From Gordius albopunctatus (taxonomy: Eukaryota): DNA of 64,000 bases. The notes below the pieces were generated by a model, which was not told the DNA's origin, did not search any database, and saw only the letters and a list, made by a program, of their open reading frames with translations. A program made the translations under genes and the position numbers. Numbering within the stretch: the stretch's first letter is position 1; each line of letters begins with the position of its first letter. Below are positions 39,326-51,510 of this stretch, one piece after another. The stretch spans positions 7,068,001 to 7,132,000 of the forward strand of contig OZ193909.1 in the NCBI GenBank assembly GCA_964276515.1, written 5' to 3'.

Positions 39326-40174
39326 CAGGCGCGTAGCCAGGCTTTTTTCAAGGGACCGGGGAATTTCCAATTTTTTTAAACATTTTTATTTCGATAACAT
39401 AAATATAAAAGTGGTGTATAAAATATATAAAAATAATCGTTATAAAACAATTTTTAATTTCCTTTTGCCAAAAGATAAGACATCAAGAATTTTATCAGGA
39501 TTTTGAGCTGACTCCCGATGAATCGTTAAAAGCGCCATCCGTAAGTAGGTCTTAGGTCTTCTTAAAGTTAAGAAACTTCTCTTTTTTGTGCGTGTAGTAA
39601 TGGGGAGACAAACTAATAAATAAAATAAAGTTGTAAGGTTAGGTAGGCATTCTAATAGCAAAGCGTCCAGGGCATTCTTGGGACGCAATCCTTGTGGCAT
39701 CTGAGACAACGACATATACCAAATATCAAATTCAGTTTTAACGTCAACATTTATACCATTCAAGTCTTTATCTGGGTTGCAGGTGAAACTTTCGAACACA
39801 AAACTTGAAAATTTGCAAAAAAAATTTTATCTGGGGTTTTCAAGATCCAACTGGTATAAGTTCGCCTTAGCTTCGGCCACTAAAAATATTTGATATAATA
39901 CTTCATCAACATTATTTCTCACCAGTTCCATCTGATCATCAATGCGTTGCTCCAACTCGGTGACCTGCTGTAGGTCTAAAATTTTTGCAATTGCTTGCAA
40001 AGAATAGATGTATAACTGAAAAGTTTTAAGACATAAAAGGGATATCATATAGTTTGATTCCCGCAAAGTAGATAGCAAAGTTGCAGCCTCTCTAGCTGCA
40101 TCACGATCATACCAGGTAAAATTTTTTTCTAAAGCTGGATGAATTGCATCTTAAAGTATTATATGAGTTGCGAC
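39326..40174 (-). mobile_element. 3' half of a decayed hAT (Tip100/ZMYM-like) transposon, split by the P element
   Basis: Terminus caggcgcgtagccagg and LPITT...RSF.TLRR.KTYLR motif. The upstream piece LKQVCVTGWSSRHEAVAT lies on the + strand at about 45080-45132. Confidence 0.82.
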
Positions 40175-40529
40175 CATAGACTAGATAGACTGTTCATACC
40201 ATATGTTCCATATGGCAAATTGTGTGTCAGATTTTCCGCCATTTTGAAGACTACAACTAGTGTATTTCAACTATGACATTTTCCGCTGTGCCATTTTGTT
40301 CCAGCAGAAGAAGTCGGATGGATTCATAAGATTAAAAGGGAGTTTGTATTAACAAAATATTCTAGAGTATGCTCTTATAATTTTACCCCAGAAATGTTCT
40401 ATCCAACTTCAACAAACTATCAACAATTGAGAGAAGATGCCATTCCAACAATTTTTGATTTTCCAGCATAGGTAAACCTATATACCTTTATTTATTGCTT
40501 TTATTAAGATTATTATTTACAACACTGAA

Positions 40530-43500
40530 CACTACCTACGACGGTCCCAAGTCCGTGTGCAAAAGGTGGAGGGTTTGCGTCAGGTCGGAAACCGGCTATA
40601 AAAATCAACTCCAAAACTATGATAGTTTCAAACAAGATTTTACAAGAAAAGGCTAGGGCGTCCTCTGCAGACGACGCGCACTGCATACCCCGCACGTGCA
40701 ATGTGAAAAATACACTAGGGTTACTGCCCAACTCACAACGAAGGCGGTTAAGGAAACTAGTTGTGGAAGGAATGCGAATTACGTGCTGGAATGTGGGAAC
40801 GTTGACGGGGAAGAGCATCGAGGTCGCACAGATGCTAAAAAGAAGAAAGGTACCCATCGCCTGCCTACAAGAGACGAGGTGGAACGGAACGAAAGCTCGG
40901 GAATTATGAGAAGGATACAAGCTTTTCTACAGTGGGTCATCAAATCGTAGAAACAGGGTCGGTATCGTTCTATGTGAATCGTTCAAGGATAAGGTGGTGG
41001 AAGTGTTGTTCCGACAGGCTAATGTGGTAAAGATTGCAGATCAAGGGGGCCTCCTAACCGTTATGTGCGCGTATGCCGCCCAAATTGGATGTTTGGAATC
41101 AGAGAAAGACATATTCTTCGATTCATTGGAAAAGAAAATACAAAGAATAGGAGAGGAAGAAAGGCTAATTATTGGGGCAGATTTCAACGCTCACGTTGGG
41201 AAAGATCGCCTCGGGTATGAACGCAATCATGGAGGCCATGGGCATGGTCTGAAGAACAAAGAAGGGGAAAAAATTCTCCAAGTATCCCAAGCATATGACA
41301 TGGCGATCGTTAACACCTATTTACAAAAGCGCGAAGATCATATTGTGACCTATAGAAGTGGGAAGCATTTTAGTAAAATCGACTATTTGCTTATACGGCG
41401 AAAGGACTTATGGAATATCAAGGATTGCAAAGTGATACCGGGAGAAGAAATCGCCAGGCAACATCGTCCCCTTGTTATGGATCTTCTTGACAGAAGAGTA
41501 TTTCCTTAAAGAAGAAAGGTCTATGAACCTCGAATTTGATATGAAAGGCTAAAGGATACGTCGACGAACAAAGAATACCATCAAAAAGCCTGCTCACTCT
41601 TGCGTGCAAGGAAGTTGCAAAGGGACGTAGACGACGATTGGGAGACGCTATCTAACGACATTAAGGAAACAGCGATTCGTGTTCTAGGACAGACTAAAGG
41701 AGGCAAAGCTATGGATAGGGAACTATGGTGGTGGGATCAATCGGTTAAAGATTTCACAGAAAGAAAGAAAAATCTATATAGACGGTGGCATAAATCAAGA
41801 AAGTCGGAGGATTATCAAGAGTACAGGGACGCAAAGAGGGCCGCAAAAAAGGCCGTTGCAAAAGCGAAGAATGCCGCGTACACCGAGATGGCAAACAGCG
41901 AAGATAAGGAAGAAGAAAATTCGCGATGTCGGAGTTCTTAAAATAGTCAAAAACGAGAAGGGTGAAATCCTATTCAAGCCGAAAGAAGTGATGGAAAGGT
42001 GGAAAGGATATTTTAATAAACTTATGAATATTGCAAACGACAAGGATTCCCTTCCCGAAATTGAGCCAAATATAAATATGGTCTAACTCTTTCAGGAAGA
42101 TGAAGTTAGGACACAAATGAACAAGATGCAAAAAGGAAAAGCAAATGGTCCAGATGGAATACCTATGGAAGCATTGCTCGGATGTTGTAAGTCACCACCA
42201 TGACGAACCTCCTTAACAAGATAAGAGCGAATCCCTAATCAATGGAGAGCAAGCACAATTATACCATTATTTAAAAGCAAAGGAGACCCTCATGACTGCG
42301 GCAATTACAGAGGTATCAAGCTAACTTCTACTCCTTGAAGCTTTTGAAAAGGATCTTAGTAACAAGGCTGAAAAGCGAGGTGGAAATATCGGCTAATCGG
42401 CCGGAAAATCCACAATCGACCCAATCTTCGCCCTGAGACAAATGATGGATAAGTATGGTGAAAAGAGGAAAGACCTACATGTAGTTTTTATCCACTTGGA
42501 GAAAGCTTATGACACGGTCCCCCGCGACTTAATATGGTGGTGCCTGAGGAAACAAAATATCCCTGACGCATATATACGGCTTATGAAAAATATTTATGAA
42601 GCTTAAAACTCTTGCGTTAGGACGACAGTTGGAGACTCTAAACCTTTTCGGGTTAATATTGGATTACATCAAGGCTCTGCTTTAAGTCCCTTTTTATTTA
42701 ATATAATTATAGACACGATAACGAGGGACTTTCAAAAGCCTCCGCCATGGTGTATGCTATATGCCGATGATATAGCACTATGCGAGGAAACAAGGGAGAA
42801 AGTATTCGAAGAAGCCGAAAAATGGTCAAAGCGCTTAGCTGGATATGGTTTAAAGGTCAACGATAGAAAAACGGTATACATGGAAATGAACGGTACAGGC
42901 ACCCCATCGCTGGATGACCATCTAACTAAAGTACCCAAAAGTAGACAGGTTCACATACCTCGGCTTGATTCTACATCAAGAGGGAGGTTGCGTAACGGAA
43001 GTCAAGGCCCGGATCCTGAAAGGATGGCGCAAATGGCGAAGTATATCCGGTGTAATGTGCGACAAGAAAATGCCAATATGGTTGAAGAGCAAAGCTTACA
43101 AATCCATCGTAAGACCGGTGTTCCTCTATGGAAGTGAAACATGGGCATTAAACACCACGGAATTAAAGCTATTACAAGCCACAGAGATGAGAATAATAAG
43201 GTGGAGCTTGGGGTATACTAAGCTCGACCATATGACGAATGATTTCTCATGACAAAAATGGGTATTCAATCTATGGCGGACATGATTAACGAAAATCGGC
43301 TAAGGTGGTATGGGCATATACTAAGGAGATATACGGATGACGTAAATTGAAAAGTACTGGACATGGAGGTACCGGGGAAGAGAGGAAGAGGACAACCCCG
43401 TGTCACGTGGAAAGGGCTAGTCGATAAAGTTATGGAAACTAAAGATATTCGTCAAGACATGGCACTCACCCGGTCAAGATGGAAGAAACTTATCAAAACA

Positions 43501-43547
43501 AACCCCACCAATGTGGGACCAAATAACTGATAAAGAAGAAGAAAAAG
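40530..43547 (+). mobile_element. RTE-clade LINE inserted inside the P element
   Basis: APE and RT motifs (CWNVGT, CLQETRW, GADFNAHVG, YADD), a (GAA)n tail, and an 18-bp TSD attatttacaacactgaa at 40512-40529 and 43548-43565. Confidence 0.94.
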
Positions 43548-44124
43548 ATTATTTACAACACTGAATATTATATTATTTATTCTTATTTTAATAATTTGTA
43601 ACTAACAAATTTACTATAGAAAAAATAGAAATAAGACATACTTAGAATTCTAAGGCCATTCCTTAGGCATTTCTAATTCATCTATTAAGAAAAAGAAAAC
43701 AAAACAAATTGCTCTTTCAGAAGAGATCAATCAGATAAATTTTATAATTATTATATATAGTATAAATTTATTTTATATTTTAATTCGTAGGTTTTTTGAA
43801 ATGCTCTCTTGAAAAGATAGAAGAAATGCAGGACAAATCCGATTTAAGCCTTTATTTAGCTATTTCTATGGATGAAATGGTTATACGCCAAAATATTCAT
43901 TGGGATGGTAATCAGTATCATTGGTAATTAGGTATAGAATTGAAAATTCATTTTTTAATAGTTATATTGATTTAGGCCATCATATGACCGATTCAAGTTT
44001 GATTCCATATGCCTCTGGGGCTTTTTTTAATGAAAACGGTAATCAATGGTTCTCGGAAAATAACTATAGGGTATTTTTTGTGTCAGGTGTAACATTATAA
44101 CTCCTACAAAATATAGTGTCAGTT

Positions 44125-44185
44125 GGTTCTGTAGATTTGGAATCCCGACGCAGATTGTGTCAGACAATGGGCCACAATTTGCTGA
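44125..44185 (+). pseudogene. Small Gypsy integrase-core fragment
   Basis: WFCRFGIPTQIVSDNGPQFA. Confidence 0.7.
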
Positions 44186-45455
44186 GTTATTGTGGGCTTT
44201 CTGCTTATCCCGACCCAATCTGGCTTCGGGCGGGGCTCGGGCAGAATTTAGGAAAACAACCTTAGGCTCGGGTCGGGCTTGATGAGGCGGCCCACCCGAT
44301 GCTCTAACCCGGCCCGAATTGATAAAACAAACTAATCTTTTATAAAATATGATTTGAACTCAACTCGATATTAAATAATTATTTTCGAACACCATACATA
44401 ATATTTCCAAACTTCATCTTCTTTCCCATATCTATTGTTTGAACTAAATTATAAATCTTATTCTAGTATTTAAGTATATTTATAGTAACTGTTACTTTAA
44501 AAATAAAATAAGAAAATATTTTAAAAATTTTTTATTTGGAACTGTTAGATAACATATATTTTAAATAGTTAAATATCCAGTTTTAGATTATTAGCTGAAT
44601 AAATTGTAGCGAGTGAAAATGAAAATTTTAGTTTAAACTTATCCTAATTGTAAATTACAAGTAATAACAATTTAATGCATTATGTATTTAAATGTGAAAT
44701 AATTTTCAGGACATTTGAAAAATCGGGTGGGGCTCGGGTTAGCCCAAAAAACTGAACAAGTCGTTCGGGCTTGGGCCCGGCTCGGGCAGAAAAAATTTCA
44801 TTTTGCAAGGCTCAACTGCTAATAGAGAAAAATAAATTGACATGTATTAAATGCATTTCTTTTTTATAATCTATTCCTGATAACTGTTTAAATGATAATT
44901 ATTATTTAATTAATATAAAAAATAATTTTGGCTTAATATATCCCTCTAAAGAATTAATTTGATTATGTAAAACCATGTACTCTATCTTTAATAACTTCAA
45001 AAATAGAAATTTATTAAATAAAACTCGGGCCTTCGGTTTTGCTTTTGACTGTACTTATTTTATTAAGCTATTGGAAAAATTAAAACAAGTGTGTGTGACA
45101 GGTTGGTCATCACGGCATGAAGCTGTCGCAACCATAGACTAGATAGACTACTCATCAACGCACAATATGTGTACCTTTTTTTCGCCATTTTAATGTTAAC
45201 ATAATAAAGTAGTGATTATATATATTAGTGATTTTTGAAAATTAAATAATCTTAAAATAGTAAATAAAAAATATTGAATCGGGTAGATATCAAAATCAGC
45301 ATTCTAAAATTAATATTATGTTTGTTTAATAGATATATCGCCATCTATATTACGTATAATATTAATTTATTGACGTTCTTTCAAATTTATAAACTATTGA
45401 GGAAGGTAAATTGACTTTTATTGACCAAAACATTTTTATTCAATTTCTTTCTTAT

Positions 45456-48271
45456 ATTAATTGCTATGCAATTTATGGGCTCGTTTTTGGTTGTCCGTCG
45501 TCCGTCCGTCCGTCCGTCGTCCACCAAGTTATTTACACCAGCTTCCCGACCTGGAGGTTGCGGGTTCGAGACCCGGAGAGGACAAATTTTTTTTTTTTAA
45601 TTAAATTAATATTTTATTCTTGTTAATACCATTGATAATATGACTTTTTGACCGTCCGCAGGCTACTGACCAATGAAAAAATGACCACTGGCCAGATAAA
45701 TCGAAATTTTTAATTTTTCGTTTTTGAATAGTTTAACATTGATAATTACCCTATGCCCTCCCCTACAAGGGCCTATGGCTCTATTTATATGGTTCCCTGT
45801 TCCCCTCCAAAGGCTTATGCCTCTATTTAATGTGGGTTTGAATCCCGGCGAACGTTCTAAATTGATGGTTCGAGACCCGGAGAGGACAAAAATTTTTATT
45901 TTTTTTTTAAATTAAATTAATATATTGTTCTTGTTAATACCATTGATAATATAAATTTTTGACCGTCCGCAGGCTACTGACCAATGAAAAAATGACCACT
46001 GGCCAGATAAATCGAAATTTTTAATTTTTCGTTTTTGAATAGTTTAACATTGATAATTACCCTATGCCCTCCCCTACAAGGGCCTATGGCTCTATTTATA
46101 TGGTTCCCTGTTCCCCTCCAAAGGCTTATGCCTCTATTTAATGTGGGTTTGAATCCCGGCGAACGTTCTAAATTGATGGTTCGAGACCCGGAGAGGACAA
46201 AAATTTTTATTTTTTTTTTAAATTAAATTAATATATTGTTCTTGTTAATACCATTGATAATATAAATTTTTGACCGTCCGCAGGCTACTGACCAATGAAA
46301 AAATGACCACTGGCCAGATAAATCGAAATTTTTAATTTTTCGTTTTTGAATAGTTTAACATTGATAATTACCCTATGCCCTCCCCTACAAGGGCCTATGG
46401 CTCTATTTATATGGTTCCCTGTTCCCCTCCAAAGGCTTATGCCTCTATTTAATGTGGGTTCGAATCCCGGAGAGGGCAAAATTTTTATTTTTTTAATTAA
46501 TTTAATATTTTGTTCTTGTTAATACCATTGATAATATGACTTTTTGACCGTCCGCTGGCTACTGACCAATGAAAAAATGAACATTGGCCAAATAAATCCT
46601 AATTTTTCGTTTTTCCTTTTTGAATAGGTTAACATTGATAATTGAAAAAAATTACCATTGGCCAAATAAATCGAAATTTTTTGTTCGTTTTTGAATAGGT
46701 TAAAATTGATAATTACCCTATACTTTTTAATAATTGCTATGCAATTTATCTAGTTTTGGGGTTAGAATCCCGGAGTTTTTTTTGACTCTTATGATTGTTC
46801 TTGTTACTATCATTGATAATAAGACTTTTTGGCCGTCCGCTGGCTGCTGACCAATGAAAAAAATGACCATTGGCCAAAATGTGTATCCGAGTTTATTTTT
46901 TCGTTTTTTTTGACTATTATGATTGTTCCTGTTCCTACCATTGCTATTATGACTTTTTGGCCGTCCGCTGGCTCCTGACCGATGGAAAAAATGACCATTG
47001 GCCAAAATGTGAATCGAAAATATTTTTTTCGTTTTTTTTTTACTATTATGATTGTTCCTGTTCCTACCATTGCCATTATGACTTTTTGGCCGTCCGCTGG
47101 CTGCTGACCAATGGAATAAAATAACCATTGGCCAAAATGTGATTCGAAAACTTTTTTTTCGTTTTTTTTTACTCTTATGAATTTATATCCACTTTTACCG
47201 TGTGCTGGCTGCTGACCAATGGGAAAAAATGACCATTGGCCAAAGTGAGCATCAAATTTTTTTCCCCGTTTTTTTGGCTATCATTGACTTATAGAGTATC
47301 TGTTGGTACTGACCAATGCAGAAGAAATGACCATTGGCCAAATTTTTGATTTTTTTAATTAAAAATTGTTCAAATTCAACAAAAAATTTCTCCCAACAAT
47401 TCTGCAAATTCTTAACATTGTGGTGTTTTATAATATAGTGTTTGTTAGACCCATAATCACTAGAGGCCATAAAAACTAATGTAATATTTTTATTTATTCT
47501 CAAATGTGATATTTTGTTCATGATTGTTTTTTGCATGTGCTAGTGTTTAGGTTTTCAACATTAATATTCTTTCATATACATTTTTACACATTGAATTATT
47601 TATTTTAAAGATTACTATATTTTGTTTTTTTGTGTTCTTGCATAAAATTAGGTTTTGTCTTTCATTTATCTACATTATTAATTGTTTATTAAAATAGGGG
47701 TCGGGGCTAGTCGGAGAGGGGCTATTGCTAGCCATTTTTCATTGTCTTTTACAAATGGCATGATAAAAAGAAAAAATAATCATATTACATTTGCATTTTC
47801 TACATTTTTTATAAAGAAACAATCTTTTTATTGATATGAGTTAGCCTACACTAAAATTGACACCCATTAGTTAAAAAAAAACTAAGTATGACCTTTTCCC
47901 CTAAAAAAGAATTAGTAATAAATAATTCATTTGGTTAACATCGATAATTACTGTATGCTCTCCCCTACAAAGGCCTATACCTCTACTTAAATGGTTCCCC
48001 GTGCCGCTACAAAGGCTGGCTCTACTAATGTGAGTTCGAATCCCGGAGAAGGCAATTTTTTTTAATTAAATCGAAAATTTGTATTAATAATTAACTAATT
48101 ATTTTACATTTAATACCCCCCCCCCGCCTATAGGCATTCTCACCCCTTCCCACCTTTCTCGCCCATAAATTGCATAGCAAATATGATACATTTATACGGA
48201 GTGTAGATGAGTTCCCCCTTCCCTCCCCTCCTCCCCTTCCCCCTTCCCAGAGGGCCGAAGGCCCGAGTTTT
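45456..48271 (+). mobile_element. Helentron-associated non-autonomous element (HINE/DINE-1-like), copy A
   Basis: Perfect 20-bp subterminal inverted repeats (45461-45480 and 48161-48180), (GTCC)n after the 5' subTIR, internal tandem arrays, 3' hairpin gggccgaaggccc (48252-48264) followed by a T-run, and no TSD. Confidence 0.82.
45620..46515 (+). repeat. 311-bp tandem repeat (two full units plus one shorter unit) inside HINE A
   Basis: Units start at about 45620, 45931 and 46242 and are nearly identical. ~120-bp units follow at about 46790-47340. Confidence 0.9.
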
Positions 48272-49794
48272 ACTTTTATTGGTTCAAATTAAAATTTTCT
48301 CCATTATATTCTACAGCGAGAAGGTAATTTATTGATTAAATATAGTTTTTTTATCAAAAAAAAGTAAGTATTTCTATTTGAATTAATTTTTTATTAACTT
48401 AATGCATTACCAACATATGTACATATAAGTGTTAAATTTAATTCTAATTAATTTGATTTTATTAACAAATAAAATTTGTTTTAACAAAGCTTCCCCATTT
48501 TGCAATTCGCCCTTTTTATTTCCTAATCTACGCTATTACTTATTTTTATAATACTTTTATTGCTTCAAATTAAAATTTTCTCCATTATATTCTAAAGCGA
48601 GAAGGTAATTTATTGATTAAATATAGTATTTTTATCAAAAAAAGTAAGTATTTCTATTTGAATTAATTTTTTATTAACCTAATGCATTACCAATTAATCT
48701 ATTTAAATCGGGCCGGGCAGTTCTAATAGTTCCGGTGTGGCCGAGCAAATATTTAGAAGGGCAATTTAGTTAAAAACTTGGACCAGGCTGGGTTCGGGCA
48801 GAGATATTTAAGCAAATCTGACCTCTGTTTGGGGTCGCATAGATTCAGGCCTAACCAACAAATTTAATATTTATTGCCGGGCGATTCGGGCAGATTTAAC
48901 GATTTGGGTGGGCCCGGGCGGACACTTAGAAGAGTTCGGGCTGGCAAGGAAGTTAGAAAATTGAACCGGCCGAGTTCGGGCAGAAAATTCCAAATAAATC
49001 TGAGCTTTGCTTTATAATATACAACACGGGCTCAGCGGGCCTGCTTATTAATGCAGGGCCCGAGCTCGTTAGTATATTACAACCCGTCCCAGGCCTGTTG
49101 TTATAGCAAAATCTTGCCCTTAATTTCGCTTGTGCAGGTCTCTAAGCGAAATTACCCACAAAAAATATATTTTATTCATAATGAAAAATGCGTATAGTAA
49201 AATAACAAGGAAACAATGTAAATTAAAAGATTATATTAGTTTTAAATAGAAGAAAATTTACTTAATTTTAAATAATTATATTGACTTATAGAAACTGTCT
49301 TTATAACAATTTAATATTGCCCCAATCTTAAATAATATGCCATACATATTTGATTTTGTTGCCATTTTTCATTTCTTATAAATAAATAACAAAGCGGAAA
49401 TTTTATATAAATAGCTCAATCAAAAAATTTACTTATTTTAAAAATAATAAAATAATTATTATTATTTAAATTACGATATATTAAATAATTGCTTGGGGGC
49501 GGGGCAAAGGGTCTAGTATTTTTCCCTTGGTGGAGGGCCGAAGGGGATTTTGCTCTTTGGGCGGGCCTTAGCCCCCTTGACCCACCTATTTATGCCACTG
49601 CTTGCTCTGTAATGGCTTTCAACCACTTGCAAACACGTGATATTCTAGAATATTAATTGACGGACGGCCATTCAATTTATTTAGATTAATTGTAAGAATT
49701 TTTGTGGACAATATTTATTTTATAAGGGAGGGACCAGAAGAGAATATTGTTCTGCTACGCATAAAAGTAATTAGAATACATTTGAATATAAGTA

Positions 49795-51510
49795 TAGGGA
49801 TGGCACAATGGGAATTTTCCCGGGAAACTTCCTCGGGGAAAAATCATTTTTCTCCAGGGAAAATTCCCCTAAAAATATTTTTTTTAAATCAAATATGTAT
49901 GATCTAATTTAAGTTATATATTATTTTAATTTACTTTAATTTCATATTTACCTTGTGGTAACCAATATTTTAAGTATTTTCTAATTTATAATTTGTGAAA
50001 ATTTGCTTAAATACTATTAACATCTAGTTGTTAACTTAAAAGATTTTGCCATCTACACTTAAGTTAATTATCTCAGTAATCAGTTAAAACAATATACCCT
50101 TATAGTTTCATTAACAATTAGTTCTCTAGTGTAAAATTCTTTCCATATAAGGTATATTTACCATGCTTGTAAATTTAATTCAATGTTCAGCAAAATCATT
50201 TAAATTTTATATTGCCATTTTACTCTAAATCCTTAAATATTATATACCAACTTAATAGTAAGTATAAGTAATATTTAAAAAATATATCAACTTGTTATTT
50301 AACAATAGAGAATTTGCAATCTACACTGAAATAATTATTACAATAATCCTAGATAAGCTTTTAAAATATATTAACAGGTAAATTTACATATGCTTGTAAA
50401 TTTAAAATATTTAGTAAAATCATTTAAATTTTATATTGCCATTTTACTCTAAATCTGAAAATATTATATACCAACTTAATAGTAAGTATAAGTAATATTT
50501 AAAAAATATATCAACTTTTTATTTAACATTAGAGAATTTGCAATCTACACTGAAATTAATTATTACAATAATCCTAGATAAGCTTTTAAGTTATATTAAC
50601 AGATAAATTTACATATGTTGAATATTTAAAATATTTAGCAAAATCTATTATATTTTTATTGCCATTAAATGTGAAAATATTTTTACCAACTTCAAATCAA
50701 GTAATCTTAAATAGATATTTATTTTATGCTAGTATTTCGTTTTTTGATATAGAAGTATTTTTTATATCTAACTAAATTAAAATTTCTACATTTTATTTAA
50801 ACTGAATTTACACACAATTCTGGTAAAAATAATCTGTAATCCTTTGAAAACAATAAATGTAAAAATTTAATGTTATTAAACTTATTTTTTTGACTAATAG
50901 TTAGTTTTTTTTGACTAATAGATGCCAAGAAAAACATCTGACATTTGGAAACATTTTTCTAAGCATTTATCTTCAAATAAGAAAGGTTGTATTGCTGTTT
51001 GCAATTATTGCAATTTAAAATATACATTTCCAAACTCAACCAAAATGACAAATCATATAGCTAAGTGACCAGATTTTATAAAGGAAAAGAATTGTCAAGA
51101 AGTTTTCTTAATGCCCCCCCTCTCCACAATCATCAATTTGTGAGGTAATGCTTGAAAAATGCCCTATACAACAAACATCTGCTTCATGAGACCCAAAACC
51201 ATCAATGTCCAATATTAGTAGTTACTTTGATAGCATGACCCAAACTCAGCAAGAGAAATTAGATTAAAAATTAGCATTGGCTATTTAATGATTTTATTGT
51301 ATTTGCTTCTTTATATTGTTTAACTAATAAATTTTATTAATCTTAATCATACTCATGGACATTTTTTTATACTAATTTACCTGTCTTGTTCGTTATTTCC
51401 CCTTAATTTCTTGTTTTTTCCCCATTATTTCCCGTTTCCCCCCATTATTTCCCATATTTTCCCGTGAATTTTCCCTTAAGCAAATTTCCCGGGAAAATAT
51501 CCATCCCTTA
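49795..51510 (+). mobile_element. Deleted hAT element with BED zinc-finger remnant and internal ~227-bp tandem repeats
   Basis: Ends tagggatgg and ccatccct with CCCGGG motifs. 50922-51067 reads MPRKTSDIWKHF...AVCNYC...NSTKMTNHI. Confidence 0.75.

Larger units (their letters stand above)
40175..45455 (+). mobile_element. Decayed P-element-superfamily transposon; its right end (45133-45455) is inverted
   Basis: 17-bp TIR catagactagatagact at 40175 and 45133, 8-bp TSD gttgcgac/gtcgcaac. THAP remnants (AVPFCS, RVCSYNF, LREDAIPTIF) at 40273-40460, core MDEMVIRQNIHWDG...YIDLG...IGYFL at 43865-44080, CxxC and GLIYPS at 44830-45020. Confidence 0.85.

Noticed and set aside
45538..45600. Bona fide tRNA gene
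   Set aside because: No D-arm, A box or acceptor pairing is visible; only a 3'-half-like module.
45411..47128. Repeated small ORFs (also 16284-16671, 57411-58580, 63338-63550) as a peptide gene family
   Set aside because: They are translations of HINE tandem-repeat units on both strands, with no coding evidence.
46790..47340. CRISPR-like array
   Set aside because: The units are ~120-bp full tandem repeats without unique spacers, in eukaryotic context with no cas genes.
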